DNA of 64,000 nt from a virus, in IMG/VR virus record IMGVR_UViG_3300005573_001166, positions 64,001 to 128,000 of that record; one strand, 5' to 3'. Positions 9,101-17,586 of this stretch are shown here, piece by piece. Both the position numbers and the translations under genes were made by a program. The notes under the pieces were generated by a model, which was not told where the DNA came from, searched no databases, and worked only from the letters and a program-made list of their open reading frames with translations. Every line of letters begins with the position of its first letter. Within the stretch, counting starts at the first letter, position 1.

Positions 9101-10715
9101 CAAGCTTCCTAAAGAATATCTAGAAAAGCCTACAAAAGTACATGGTCCAGGTAAGAGCGGTCCTAAGAAGACAGCTGCAGCAGATGAGCACTTTTATGAT
9201 ATCTCTACTAGCTCTGAACCAAAAGCTCCTAGCTCTGAGTTGGCTGCTGAAGAGAATAAAAAGCAGGATGCGGACTTTAAGAATGAGCTAAAACAGGCTA
9301 CCGGTGTTAGGATAGGCCAACCTATCAAAGTAGTAGTAGGTACAGGTGAAGAGCATCTCGGGAATGTAGCCGAAGTATATACGGATGAAAATGTTATAGT
9401 AGTTGATTATGACGATATACGTAATAGAGACGCTATAAACTTAACAGCAGGTAAATCTAAAGTTTACGGAGAGGCACATGTATTTACTAGACCTGAAATA
9501 GTTACCGTAAAGAAGGGTAATTGGATAGCCTATGGCGATGGAAAGTCTTGGAACTTGTATAACTTCAAGAGATCGGCTTCTAAGTTAGCAGAAGTTAAGT
9601 TAGCAGATGTGGATATTGAAGAGGTAGCAAATACTTTCAATTTAAAGGATAAGTCTCAAGTACCCGCTTTCTTTGCAGGCAAAGAGTATGGAGAAGCAGT
9701 ATTAGACAAGACAATAGAAGCGGAGGCTCAAGGAGCGTTTAATACTGAAGCAGGAACTGGTTTGAGTGTAGATTCTACAGAATCGGATATAAATGTAGGA
9801 GATGAGGTAGTTATTGCTCCAGATTGGCTGCCCACAGGCGAGGAAACAGAAGAGTTAGTAAATGATGTAGTCAATCTAAAGAACGAAAACGTTCCAGGGA
9901 TAGTAGAGCAGATTACTGCAGAGGGTTCATATGTAGTTGACTTTGGTGGAGAGGTGCCTATTGTACTTACTGCAGCTGAGATCAGAAAGGCAAAAGATGA
10001 TAGTTTAACATATGGAACTGATGTAAGGTGGTCGGAAGAAACTAAGGAACTTGCAGATGAAGCAAATAGTGAACAAGAGAAAGAATACCAAAAGGAACAA
10101 GTGTTATCTTCCTTCGGACCTGATTCCAGGCACCATACTGTTATGGCAGCAGTTAATGTTTCGGAAGCAATTCAGTTTATGAAAAAACTAGTAGAAGATG
10201 CTGGACTGAAAATTAAGGATGCTTTGACAGCTGCTGCAGAAGCGTTTGAGATGACAGAAGAAGAGGTAAATAAGTTGGTAAACAGTGATGAGTATATAAA
10301 GGAGTTTGAGACGCCCAAGCCGGAAGAATCCGAAAAACAAGAGCCTGAAAAACAAGAATCAGAGAAACTAGAACAGTTGAAAGCTAAAATGGCAGGGCTG
10401 AAAAAGAGACTTTGCATCCGAATTGCGGAAGATATGGCAGATAAAGGACTAATAGAAGGACTGGACATAAATGCCGATCCTACTACTAGGGAACAAGCTA
10501 TTGAGCGTCAAGTATCTCTTCTAATGAGACTAGATCAAGATGGTTTGTATGAGTTTGAGAAAGCAGTCAAATCTGCTTCAGATCCTAGTGGAGTAGAAGC
10601 GATGAAACAGATAAAGGTAGGTCCTGAGGAAGGAACTTTAAAGCAAGCACTTGCAATGAGAGGCGTACCAGGAATACGTAAAGACGGACTAGACGATCCT
10701 AACTTCTTTATGTAA
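6141..10715 (+). CDS. Prohead (capsid maturation) protease fused to a long scaffold/core polyprotein
   Basis: N-terminal ~215 aa: PNDNGDSF...YRDHNN...AIGIILDA...DSVSMGC.V..A.CSICGN...YCEHV...FFEVSL...ADPEA. The remainder is acidic, repeat-containing and coiled-coil; it lies upstream of the MCP. Confidence 0.85.
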   Translation: MGRIIRYGTSVSIVETYEKISDVKLGPKTLERVAAVTPVAQYSDKYLYVVARAVSGYEKWGPNDNGDSFEWEELLKAYPTFIRGGVYRDHNNQDRKQAIGIILDAWPDMEGQYIDVLMAINKKKAPREVAWIKEGTLDSVSMGCVVDEAICSICGNVARDESEYCEHVRNGMKGRIIGGKLCHEFNRGVRFFEVSLISPYSEAADPEAKIKQTLASKDTDEFEEWIVETSFSDVKESDLLDSFSYQIGDQVYTQDGSKGVIVGTEGMYPKVAIGKSRVQLFDPKTLTIVKGVNEMASDVIKQAQGTEKEEFGRDHPNKANPTTGRWGGDYGSPAEKYEQDFNRTEVESESVDLRGSQVSSQIERPDYLHKGKTSGEVEGPMPKKASVDELEKQLEEHLKSTAEKVLELEQVKKGEAVKKSFMSRLRQALGIEREAAEDYGRDAPARGNPSTMRDAGDYQESEKYYAAQKEEGDTKAVETKKDIDAQRPYTYSNTLENIYTKLPKVAMSVKEITDKLKEIFGDEQKAATFAKTLSELNDKEVEDVLKMIAELEAEEKEETEGKPAPLGMPSGSKVAAIYHIRLALAHKKLAALGDWGNEDPVAHAKRMILQQITRDPTTNIQSMFMLASSIRNLNEEQKAKLSKELGLAKEAALDYKNMTKEELIGALKYAKAMGDLKAENSILNALLSKKEDAPVRKTAASWDEIIPYIVEQMKKGRSYQDIKAEIDEKFDITPGSKKGPEPKKAPSKEPAMGPGGSFMPEPGNASELTKSPSEGGYLSSGSPSQTGLWGGETPGAMNEREIGRSSSVKTAGRSLKEWVAELEKKGAPAKVIRQFQHIWNSAIEDGKSEEYAARAAIDKLPKEYLEEPTEAHGPGKSGSKKTAAELLNDYDITKGTGARWNATTKELADESNQEQKKDFIAELKEARKKELLARQLEVTAGRSLKEWVAELKKKGAPAKVIRQFQHIWNSAIEDGKSEAYAARAAIDKLPKEYLEKPTKVHGPGKSGPKKTAAADEHFYDISTSSEPKAPSSELAAEENKKQDADFKNELKQATGVRIGQPIKVVVGTGEEHLGNVAEVYTDENVIVVDYDDIRNRDAINLTAGKSKVYGEAHVFTRPEIVTVKKGNWIAYGDGKSWNLYNFKRSASKLAEVKLADVDIEEVANTFNLKDKSQVPAFFAGKEYGEAVLDKTIEAEAQGAFNTEAGTGLSVDSTESDINVGDEVVIAPDWLPTGEETEELVNDVVNLKNENVPGIVEQITAEGSYVVDFGGEVPIVLTAAEIRKAKDDSLTYGTDVRWSEETKELADEANSEQEKEYQKEQVLSSFGPDSRHHTVMAAVNVSEAIQFMKKLVEDAGLKIKDALTAAAEAFEMTEEEVNKLVNSDEYIKEFETPKPEESEKQEPEKQESEKLEQLKAKMAGLKKRLCIRIAEDMADKGLIEGLDINADPTTREQAIERQVSLLMRLDQDGLYEFEKAVKSASDPSGVEAMKQIKVGPEEGTLKQALAMRGVPGIRKDGLDDPNFFM
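8574..9180 (+). repeat. Two 220-bp direct repeats (8574-8793, 8961-9180) encoding ChaB-like helical modules
   Basis: GRSLKEWVAEL.KKGAPAKVIRQFQHIWNSAIEDGKSE.YAARAAIDKLPKEYLE.PT..HGPGKSG.KKTAA occurs twice with near-identical DNA. Confidence 0.85.
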
Positions 10716-10733
10716 TATGGAGGTTCCTATAAA

Positions 10734-13700
10734 ATGGAGTTGTCTGAGTTAGCTAGACAATTATCTCAGGATATTATATACAATACCCACATAGAACGAA
10801 CAGGTATCGGGAAGTATGTAGTGTCCGGCGTACCTACTAACTACTTAGAGTACGTACTATCTGAGTTTCCTGAGATCTCTGAAAAGGCTGCTGTAGCAAT
10901 AGCTGCAGCCGTTGAAAGAGATGTAGAAGCTTACATTGATGGTTTTCTGAGAGTAGGCGCCAAACCTATACGGTTTGGGCAATCTGTACAAGATATATAC
11001 AATCTTGCTTTACAGTTAAAAAATACAGCCGCTTCTCCGGATGACCTTTTTGATAAAGTAAGCGATCAAATGGGTACGACTTTAGACCAAACGTACCTAC
11101 CTTTGATAACAGCTGTCTTCAATTGGCAGCCCGGACAGGATGATACGGATATATCTAACGCACTGCAAGCTATTGGAATACCTCCCGGTACTTTTGCTCC
11201 GGCTTCTACAGCTACTGCCCCTGAGCTAGGTACTCCGACTCCTGAATTGGGTACAATACCTGCTATGCCCGGATATACATATGGGCCTGAAGGAGGAGGA
11301 CCTGGAGTACCTAGCGTAACTGCTTTATTGAAAAAGGCACAAGATGATTTTGACGATGAAGATTTTGAAGATTCAGATGAGACTGAGGTACCTACAGAAA
11401 TTCCGGGATACTGGGAAGAGTACCACGAACCTTCACCTGAAATATTTGAAGAAGTTAGAAAGCAGTTTCCTGAAGAGAAAAAGGTAGAGGAAGGGGAAGG
11501 GGAGGACGAGTTACTTGAACTACAAGAACAGTCTCTAGAAGATATAGAGACTACAACACGTCCTCTTTTAGGTTTAGACGATGTAGATATAGTTCTTAGA
11601 GGTATAGAACGTACACTTGCAGGTTCATATAGACACTTAATGTTTGAAGCTGTTGATTACATTAACAAGTTAATGAATGTTACACCTTCAGAAGAATATA
11701 CTAGTAGGTATGTTCAAGCAAGTTCTGTCTTATATACAGCATTACTTTATGGAGATGAAGCACCTGATATCCTCTTAGAATATTTCCCAGCAGCTTTTAC
11801 AAAAGCATCCGATATAATAGATTATGTGCAAAAGCTTGCCCCTTATAAGGAAGGGCTAAAGAAGGGGTTGCTAGATTATATATATAACGAGTTTACCGGT
11901 GAGAATCGACTTTACTACACTCCAGAAGATATTGAGGAAAGACTAAATGAATATAAAAATCGATTAGAGTTGTCTATATATGAGGCCCCTGAAAGTATAG
12001 ACGAGAAGGTAGCAAATTTACGAGAGCGTTTAGAGAGGACAAACGAACGTACTTTAGACTTTGTAGATAAGAAGGTAAATCAGTTTTTAGAGAACCGTAT
12101 AGTTTTACCTTCTAGTAGGGAAGAAGAGTTACTTTCAGCTGCCCCATTACATATACCCGATGTCTCTTTCTCAGAAGACTTGCCTTTATGGCTTACATCC
12201 ATAAAACGACTATTGGGTTATATGCCTCTTAATAGTATAAACGATTTAATACACTTACTAGGAGAGGATGCGTTTGAAAACTTAGAAAAAGAGTTAGAAG
12301 CTCTGCCTAGTAATGTGAAAACAGTAGAACAAACTCCTTTGGGAGAGAAAGAAAAAATCGAGGATTTATACAGAGAAGTAGAGGAAAGAAAACAAGAGTG
12401 GTTAAAAGCTACCGGGACTGCAAAGCAAATAGCAGAAGCTGCTTATGATGCGGCTCGTGAAAAACTACGTACATACCTTATAGGCATATACGAAGACTTT
12501 TACCATAATGTAGTTTTAACCGTAGCAGGTCTTCCAGGTATGCCCGACGTACATCGACATTTTAGGAATTGGGTAAACTATTTTAGGGGGGCAGAGTCTT
12601 TCACTAGTTGGGGACCGGCATTTGATTTACTTTGGCAGTGGGCTTCTTACGGCAAAAAAAGCAACAACAATATAGACATACTTCCTGAAGAGCTGCAAGA
12701 GATAGATTTACAGATACGGAAGCATTTAGCTGAGCACCCTTCAAAACCTTTTGATGTAAGTCTTATTTCTAAATACATCGAAGTGCATATACCTGAGGGA
12801 GAAGAGTACAGAAAGATCAAGATGTATAACCCCCTCTACGTTAAATACGTAATGACTCCTTATAAGGAGGAAGATATAAATGCTCCTTTAGAAGGAACTA
12901 CAAGGTATTATGACGTATGGGGACAGTATATAGAGGGAGTTGTACCTAATGTCTCTCTAAATGTAAAAGAGACCCCTAGTATTATAGAAGTTACCCCCGA
13001 GATGTTAAAAGGGGAACCTACTGAAAGGGCTACTACAGAAGTAGAGCATGTGCCTGCAATAGCCGAATTTCAGGAGGTCAAAGAAGATATTAGGCGGAAG
13101 TTATCAGAAATCAAGAGAGCACTTACATACGAGTATTCCGACCCGACAGCTAGTCCTTACGGCGAGATATCTCCTTTAGAATTTTATAGGAATTCATTAG
13201 AAACTGTAATAGATTTACAGGATGACCTTAATTCAGCTTGGAAGGAATTGGCTGTAGATAACATAGAACAACTTCCGGGATTTGAGTATTTAGCTAAATC
13301 TTTACAAGAGGCTTACGACAAAACATCTACTGAATTACAATCTTTAATTACTGCACTTCAAGGAACTGATGTAGGTGAAGGGGAAGACAGAAGACATATT
13401 CCAGGATTAATTGATAAAGCGCAAGAAGCGCAGCAACCTAGAGAGGAGCAGCCTGGAATCGAAATATCTATAGAGGATCTAGTATCTGTAATAGAAGAAG
13501 GGAGAAAAGTTTATCAGGAGCTTGTACAAAGGGCGGATGATTTAACAGATGATTCTGATGCCAGAGAATTACTCTCTATGATAGAAAGTGAGCTTTCTTC
13601 TTTTACAGGTAAGGCCAATGCCTTAGCCCCCCAATTGTTTGGTATGTTCTCTGATAGAGCTCAGGAGATAAAAGATGCTGTTTCTCAGGCTCGTGTTTTA

Positions 13701-14642
13701 CGAGAGAGTTATCAATTTTTAGAGGATAAGGTAAGAAGTTATATTTCAGAAGGTTCAGATGAGTTAGTTGCAAAACGGTTTGAAGGCGTTTTTTCTGATC
13801 TCTACAACCTAGTAGAGAAGTACAAAGACTATGCAAACGATGTAAACGCCAATCTAGACTCCTTATTGGAAGAGAGGCCCGTGGAGTTATTATCTGAAAT
13901 AGAGTCTCGAATGAAAGAGTTAGGTGCTGCAATGCAGGCAGCAAAAGAGCAAAATGTCGACCCTGTAAAAGTAGAAGACAACAACAGGCTATTAGCAGAC
14001 GCTATTAATACATACTATAGATTAAGGGGTTTAAGAGAGGAAGTTATAAATGCAACAACACCTACATCCCTTTTAGACAGATTTGAAAGTGTAGCAGCTG
14101 GTTTAGAGAGATATGTAGATAGGACACAGGAAGAGATCACTGCAGATCTTAACAGGCAGCAGGTAAGGAATCTGATAAAAGGCATACAAGCTACTACAAA
14201 CTCCTATGCATCTAGCGTAAACTCTTTAATAGAGCAGTTGAAAGATGTTTCTGGTACTGAGAAGGACAAAGTTCTAAGTATATACCACAGAGCTAAGGAA
14301 GCCTACAATCGGTTGAATGGTATACGCAAAGAGCTATCCGAGCGTTTAGTAGGAAGTCCTCTGAGTAATTTAGAGCAAGAGGTGGACAAATTAGATAGCT
14401 TTTTAAACGATATCAAGGAGAAGGCGAGAGAGGCTGAAACCAGAGAGGATAAAGTTTCTTTAATAAAAGAGATAAACGATCGCATGCCTGAATTCGTGAT
14501 TGCCTTAAACAATCTAAAGAATCAATTACTTCCTATACTTAAAGGGGAAGACTTAATATACTGTAAAGATCTTTATGGTGATGCTAGGACGCTTGTTGTA
14601 GCAATCTCTTCAATAGGTAGAGATTTAAAGGGGCAGCTTTAA
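10734..14642 (+). CDS. Large acidic helical protein, probable internal head/ejection protein
   Basis: 1302 aa, GGAGG RBS, Pro/Thr-rich linker, amphipathic-helical C-terminal third; lies between protease and MCP. No recognisable catalytic motif. Confidence 0.5.
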   Translation: MELSELARQLSQDIIYNTHIERTGIGKYVVSGVPTNYLEYVLSEFPEISEKAAVAIAAAVERDVEAYIDGFLRVGAKPIRFGQSVQDIYNLALQLKNTAASPDDLFDKVSDQMGTTLDQTYLPLITAVFNWQPGQDDTDISNALQAIGIPPGTFAPASTATAPELGTPTPELGTIPAMPGYTYGPEGGGPGVPSVTALLKKAQDDFDDEDFEDSDETEVPTEIPGYWEEYHEPSPEIFEEVRKQFPEEKKVEEGEGEDELLELQEQSLEDIETTTRPLLGLDDVDIVLRGIERTLAGSYRHLMFEAVDYINKLMNVTPSEEYTSRYVQASSVLYTALLYGDEAPDILLEYFPAAFTKASDIIDYVQKLAPYKEGLKKGLLDYIYNEFTGENRLYYTPEDIEERLNEYKNRLELSIYEAPESIDEKVANLRERLERTNERTLDFVDKKVNQFLENRIVLPSSREEELLSAAPLHIPDVSFSEDLPLWLTSIKRLLGYMPLNSINDLIHLLGEDAFENLEKELEALPSNVKTVEQTPLGEKEKIEDLYREVEERKQEWLKATGTAKQIAEAAYDAAREKLRTYLIGIYEDFYHNVVLTVAGLPGMPDVHRHFRNWVNYFRGAESFTSWGPAFDLLWQWASYGKKSNNNIDILPEELQEIDLQIRKHLAEHPSKPFDVSLISKYIEVHIPEGEEYRKIKMYNPLYVKYVMTPYKEEDINAPLEGTTRYYDVWGQYIEGVVPNVSLNVKETPSIIEVTPEMLKGEPTERATTEVEHVPAIAEFQEVKEDIRRKLSEIKRALTYEYSDPTASPYGEISPLEFYRNSLETVIDLQDDLNSAWKELAVDNIEQLPGFEYLAKSLQEAYDKTSTELQSLITALQGTDVGEGEDRRHIPGLIDKAQEAQQPREEQPGIEISIEDLVSVIEEGRKVYQELVQRADDLTDDSDARELLSMIESELSSFTGKANALAPQLFGMFSDRAQEIKDAVSQARVLRESYQFLEDKVRSYISEGSDELVAKRFEGVFSDLYNLVEKYKDYANDVNANLDSLLEERPVELLSEIESRMKELGAAMQAAKEQNVDPVKVEDNNRLLADAINTYYRLRGLREEVINATTPTSLLDRFESVAAGLERYVDRTQEEITADLNRQQVRNLIKGIQATTNSYASSVNSLIEQLKDVSGTEKDKVLSIYHRAKEAYNRLNGIRKELSERLVGSPLSNLEQEVDKLDSFLNDIKEKAREAETREDKVSLIKEINDRMPEFVIALNNLKNQLLPILKGEDLIYCKDLYGDARTLVVAISSIGRDLKGQL

Positions 14643-14920
14643 TGGACACTAGGGAATGGGTACAGCAATACAAGAAAAATCTAAAATGTGAAGAGTGTGG
14701 AGAATCCGATCCCATATGCCTTGTATTTCATCATCCTATTAGAGATCTTAAAGTTGCTTCTATACACAAATTAGTAGAACGAAAAGCTAGTATAGAAGAA
14801 ATAAAAAAAGAGATAGAAAAATGTATAGTTTTGTGCTTCAATTGTCATTTGAAGCATCATAGAGACCTCAGAGAACAATCTAAACTTAATCAATTCTTTG
14901 AGGAATATGTTTTTGAGTAG
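14642..14920 (+). CDS. HNH endonuclease (zinc-binding)
   Basis: CEECG....CLVFHH ... KCIVLCFNCHLKHH. Confidence 0.85.
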   Translation: MDTREWVQQYKKNLKCEECGESDPICLVFHHPIRDLKVASIHKLVERKASIEEIKKEIEKCIVLCFNCHLKHHRDLREQSKLNQFFEEYVFE

Positions 14921-15067
14921 CTTTTTAGTTTTGGCTGTTTTTCATAGAAAAGCTGCTTTTCAATTGAGGTAAAAAACAGCTGCTCTACCGGTCTTAGGGC
15001 GCAAGCTGACTATGTACAAGGGGGGATCGGTTGGAGCTAAAGATAACCTTGTAGGAGGATTTATATA

Positions 15068-15580
15068 ATGGGTGTTCAAGTTAGGTTTTTAGGTGGTTAT
15101 CAGGATGGTACATTAGATGTCAATCCTTTGACTGCTGCTTATGTAGCAGGTCAACCATTAAAAGTCAATACTAGCGGTCAATTGGAGTTGTGTACATGTT
15201 ACAGGCAAGGATACGACGATGGATATGTAGGTCTTGCTAAAGGATATTCAGGTTCTACAACGGATAAGAACTCTGATATTTATAACGGCAAGGCGACATA
15301 TTTTGCAGGATTCAATCAGCTTAAACTGGATAATCAAGGCACAGCAAGAAATGCAAACGATGATTATCCTTTCGACACATCATTAACTTACAATGAGGGC
15401 GATGATATATACATCGACGAGAACGGTAAACTAACCAACAACGGCCCAGGTGCACATCCGGGTTACGCAACAGTGTGTAGCAATGCAACTCCAATAGCAT
15501 ACGTGGTAGAGGTAGGTACTGGGGTGGCAGCTGACGGGACGAGTACTTACAGCTATCTAGTAATAAACCAAGTAAGATAA
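15068..15580 (+). CDS. Head decoration/capsid cement protein
   Basis: Strong AGGAGG RBS; Gly-rich beta protein (AGQPLKV...G; Y..GD.IY....GKLT) immediately upstream of the MCP. Confidence 0.6.
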   Translation: MGVQVRFLGGYQDGTLDVNPLTAAYVAGQPLKVNTSGQLELCTCYRQGYDDGYVGLAKGYSGSTTDKNSDIYNGKATYFAGFNQLKLDNQGTARNANDDYPFDTSLTYNEGDDIYIDENGKLTNNGPGAHPGYATVCSNATPIAYVVEVGTGVAADGTSTYSYLVINQVR

Positions 15581-15748
15581 TTTTTCACCTTTCTCCTTCT
15601 AACATCACCCCTATTTACTAACCAAAAACTCCCCTGTTAGAAGGAGATTTTAACAACACTGCCGAGGCTTTTTTTAGCAATCATACTTATATTTTATAAA
15701 GTTCTAGCTTTCGGCAGTTAACTAGAACTAAGACAGGAGGTTAATAAA

Positions 15749-16738
15749 ATGGCTACATATGGAGAACAAACACAGGGAGGTCTTTCACAGGCAGCTGTTA
15801 ACCAAATTAGCACTGCTATTGCTAATGCACTTAAATTGTCCCAAAGAAATACACCTGTAAACTCAAGTGAGAAAAGGAGACAGGAGTATTTATCCGGCAT
15901 TCAAAAAGAGGCCACATTAGCGAGGGCGTTAACAACAGAAGCAGGTCTTAGAAAGATAGCTGCTAATATGGCAAACCCAGTTCGTTTCTATCTAGATTAC
16001 AAAGGCATATTCCGCAAATTTGCAGTAGTAGAACAAATTCCAGACGGTGTGCCGATGATCTACGACAGAGACCAACCGGATGTCCCAGCAGTAAAGGTAG
16101 CAGCTGGCGGTGCTGGTGCAATGATTGAAATGGTCGCTCAAAGAATAGAGCTAGAACCTTTCGAAATTGTTGCAAGGCCAAAAGTTCCTTATCGCGAACT
16201 ATTTAACCGCAGATTCAGAGCATTGGATCGTGCGAAAGACAAATTAATTTGGGGTATGGAACTACGTGAAGACCTTATAGGTTTCAGCTTACTAGCTTCT
16301 GCATGGGCAGCAGGTCCAAACGCAGGTGTAAATGTTGCAGGTGCTTTAACAAAAGCAGCATTAGCAGATGCATTTGCTCAAATTGAAAGATGGAGGTTAC
16401 CAGTAGCTGCTGTTCTAATGAGTGCATATGGAACAAGAGATATTCGTTCTTGGGAATGGACAGTATTAGACCAGTTAGCTTTGCAGGAAATCCGCGAAAC
16501 AGGTTACTTGGGTAATTTGTGGGGCGCCGACTTTTACGTCTCAGACCAAGTCTCTTACGGAACAATGTATATAATGACATCTCCTAAGTTCTTGGCCTGG
16601 ATGCCTTTCAGACGTGATACCCAAGTTATTCCAGCAGATGATCCCGACAACCTCTGGTTAGGCTTTGTAGGTTATGAACTCTTAGGAATGACTGTATTTA
16701 ACAGCCGAGGAGTAACCAGGTTAACATTTACCGTATAA
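15749..16738 (+). CDS. Major capsid protein (HK97 fold)
   Basis: AGGAGG RBS; ARALTTEAG..KIA..MANPVR..LDY.GI.RK...VEQ.PDG....YD.D ... ETGYLG.LWGA..YVS ... GFV.YE.LG pattern of large-myovirus MCPs; followed by a terminator. Confidence 0.85.
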   Translation: MATYGEQTQGGLSQAAVNQISTAIANALKLSQRNTPVNSSEKRRQEYLSGIQKEATLARALTTEAGLRKIAANMANPVRFYLDYKGIFRKFAVVEQIPDGVPMIYDRDQPDVPAVKVAAGGAGAMIEMVAQRIELEPFEIVARPKVPYRELFNRRFRALDRAKDKLIWGMELREDLIGFSLLASAWAAGPNAGVNVAGALTKAALADAFAQIERWRLPVAAVLMSAYGTRDIRSWEWTVLDQLALQEIRETGYLGNLWGADFYVSDQVSYGTMYIMTSPKFLAWMPFRRDTQVIPADDPDNLWLGFVGYELLGMTVFNSRGVTRLTFTV

Positions 16739-16758
16739 CCCACTGCCTTCCCCCCAAG

Positions 16759-16788
16759 ATAGCCCTAGGAAACTAGGGCTATTTTTTT
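16759..16788 (+). terminator. Intrinsic terminator after the MCP
   Basis: atagccctag-gaaa-ctagggctat followed by a T-run. Confidence 0.9.
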
Positions 16789-16868
16789 GCCTATTTATAC
16801 GAGAAGGGATGAAATGTGTAAATTAAGAATAGAGGTAGATCTTTTTTACTTATTTTAAGGAGGAAATT

Positions 16869-17243
16869 ATGGAAACAAAAGAATCGTACATTTTTGGCAA
16901 CATAACAGATCAGGATATCGTTTTCCCAGATTTAATTGTAGGTACAGGGAATACAGGACCTGCATTTAAACTACAGCCGGGGGAGGTTGTAAATTTCGAG
17001 GAGTTCTTCTCACCTCAAAGGTTAAAGAGGGCACGCTCTATAGCTATAGCAAAGGAAAGGGGGCTTATAAAGGAATGCGCTCCTGGAGAAGTTATAGAGG
17101 TTAAAAAGCGAATATATACATCAGGACCTGCTCCTAAAAACGAGTTTGATATACTTTTAGAGGAAGAACTCAAAAAAGAGCAAGAGGAGCAGGAAAGATT
17201 AAGAGCCAGTTCTATAGATGTTCTAGGTTCGAGGAATAGGTAG
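16869..17243 (+). CDS. Small head-associated protein, N-x-T..DL family
   Basis: AAGGAGG RBS; FGNITDQDIVFPDL...LQPGEVVNF...SIAIAKERGLI. Confidence 0.6.
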   Translation: METKESYIFGNITDQDIVFPDLIVGTGNTGPAFKLQPGEVVNFEEFFSPQRLKRARSIAIAKERGLIKECAPGEVIEVKKRIYTSGPAPKNEFDILLEEELKKEQEEQERLRASSIDVLGSRNR

Positions 17244-17245
17244 AA

Positions 17246-17566
17246 TTGCGTATTATAAATAATACATCAGGTCCTGTTTATATAACAGATCTAGCTTTGC
17301 GGGTAGGCAGCTCTCCTGTTTCAATAGACGCTACTAAAATTGCCTATTCCAGTAATTTGATAGAAGCGGTAGTTAAGGGTTTTGTTTCCTTAGAGATACT
17401 AGGCAGTGAGAAGGATGACTCGGCTGTTCGGCAATATTTGGAACGCTTGGATGATGCAACTGCTTTAAGTAAAGGGAAACAACTAGCTGAACAACTTATA
17501 GAGGATATGAAAAAGCGTACCAGTAACTGCCTATCTGTTAAACCCGCAAGATTGTTAGAGCAGTAA
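17246..17566 (+). CDS. Small protein, N-x-T..DL family
   Basis: IINNTSGPVYITDL...SSNLIEAVVKGFVSL. Confidence 0.6.
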   Translation: MRIINNTSGPVYITDLALRVGSSPVSIDATKIAYSSNLIEAVVKGFVSLEILGSEKDDSAVRQYLERLDDATALSKGKQLAEQLIEDMKKRTSNCLSVKPARLLEQ

Positions 17567-17586
17567 AACCTTCGGAGGTACCTTTA

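Noticed and set aside
14990-15040. c-di-GMP-I riboswitch (GGGCGCAAGC resembles the GCGCAAAGC junction)
   Set aside because: The upstream GGYAAAC/GAAA stem and the downstream receptor helix are not recognisable.
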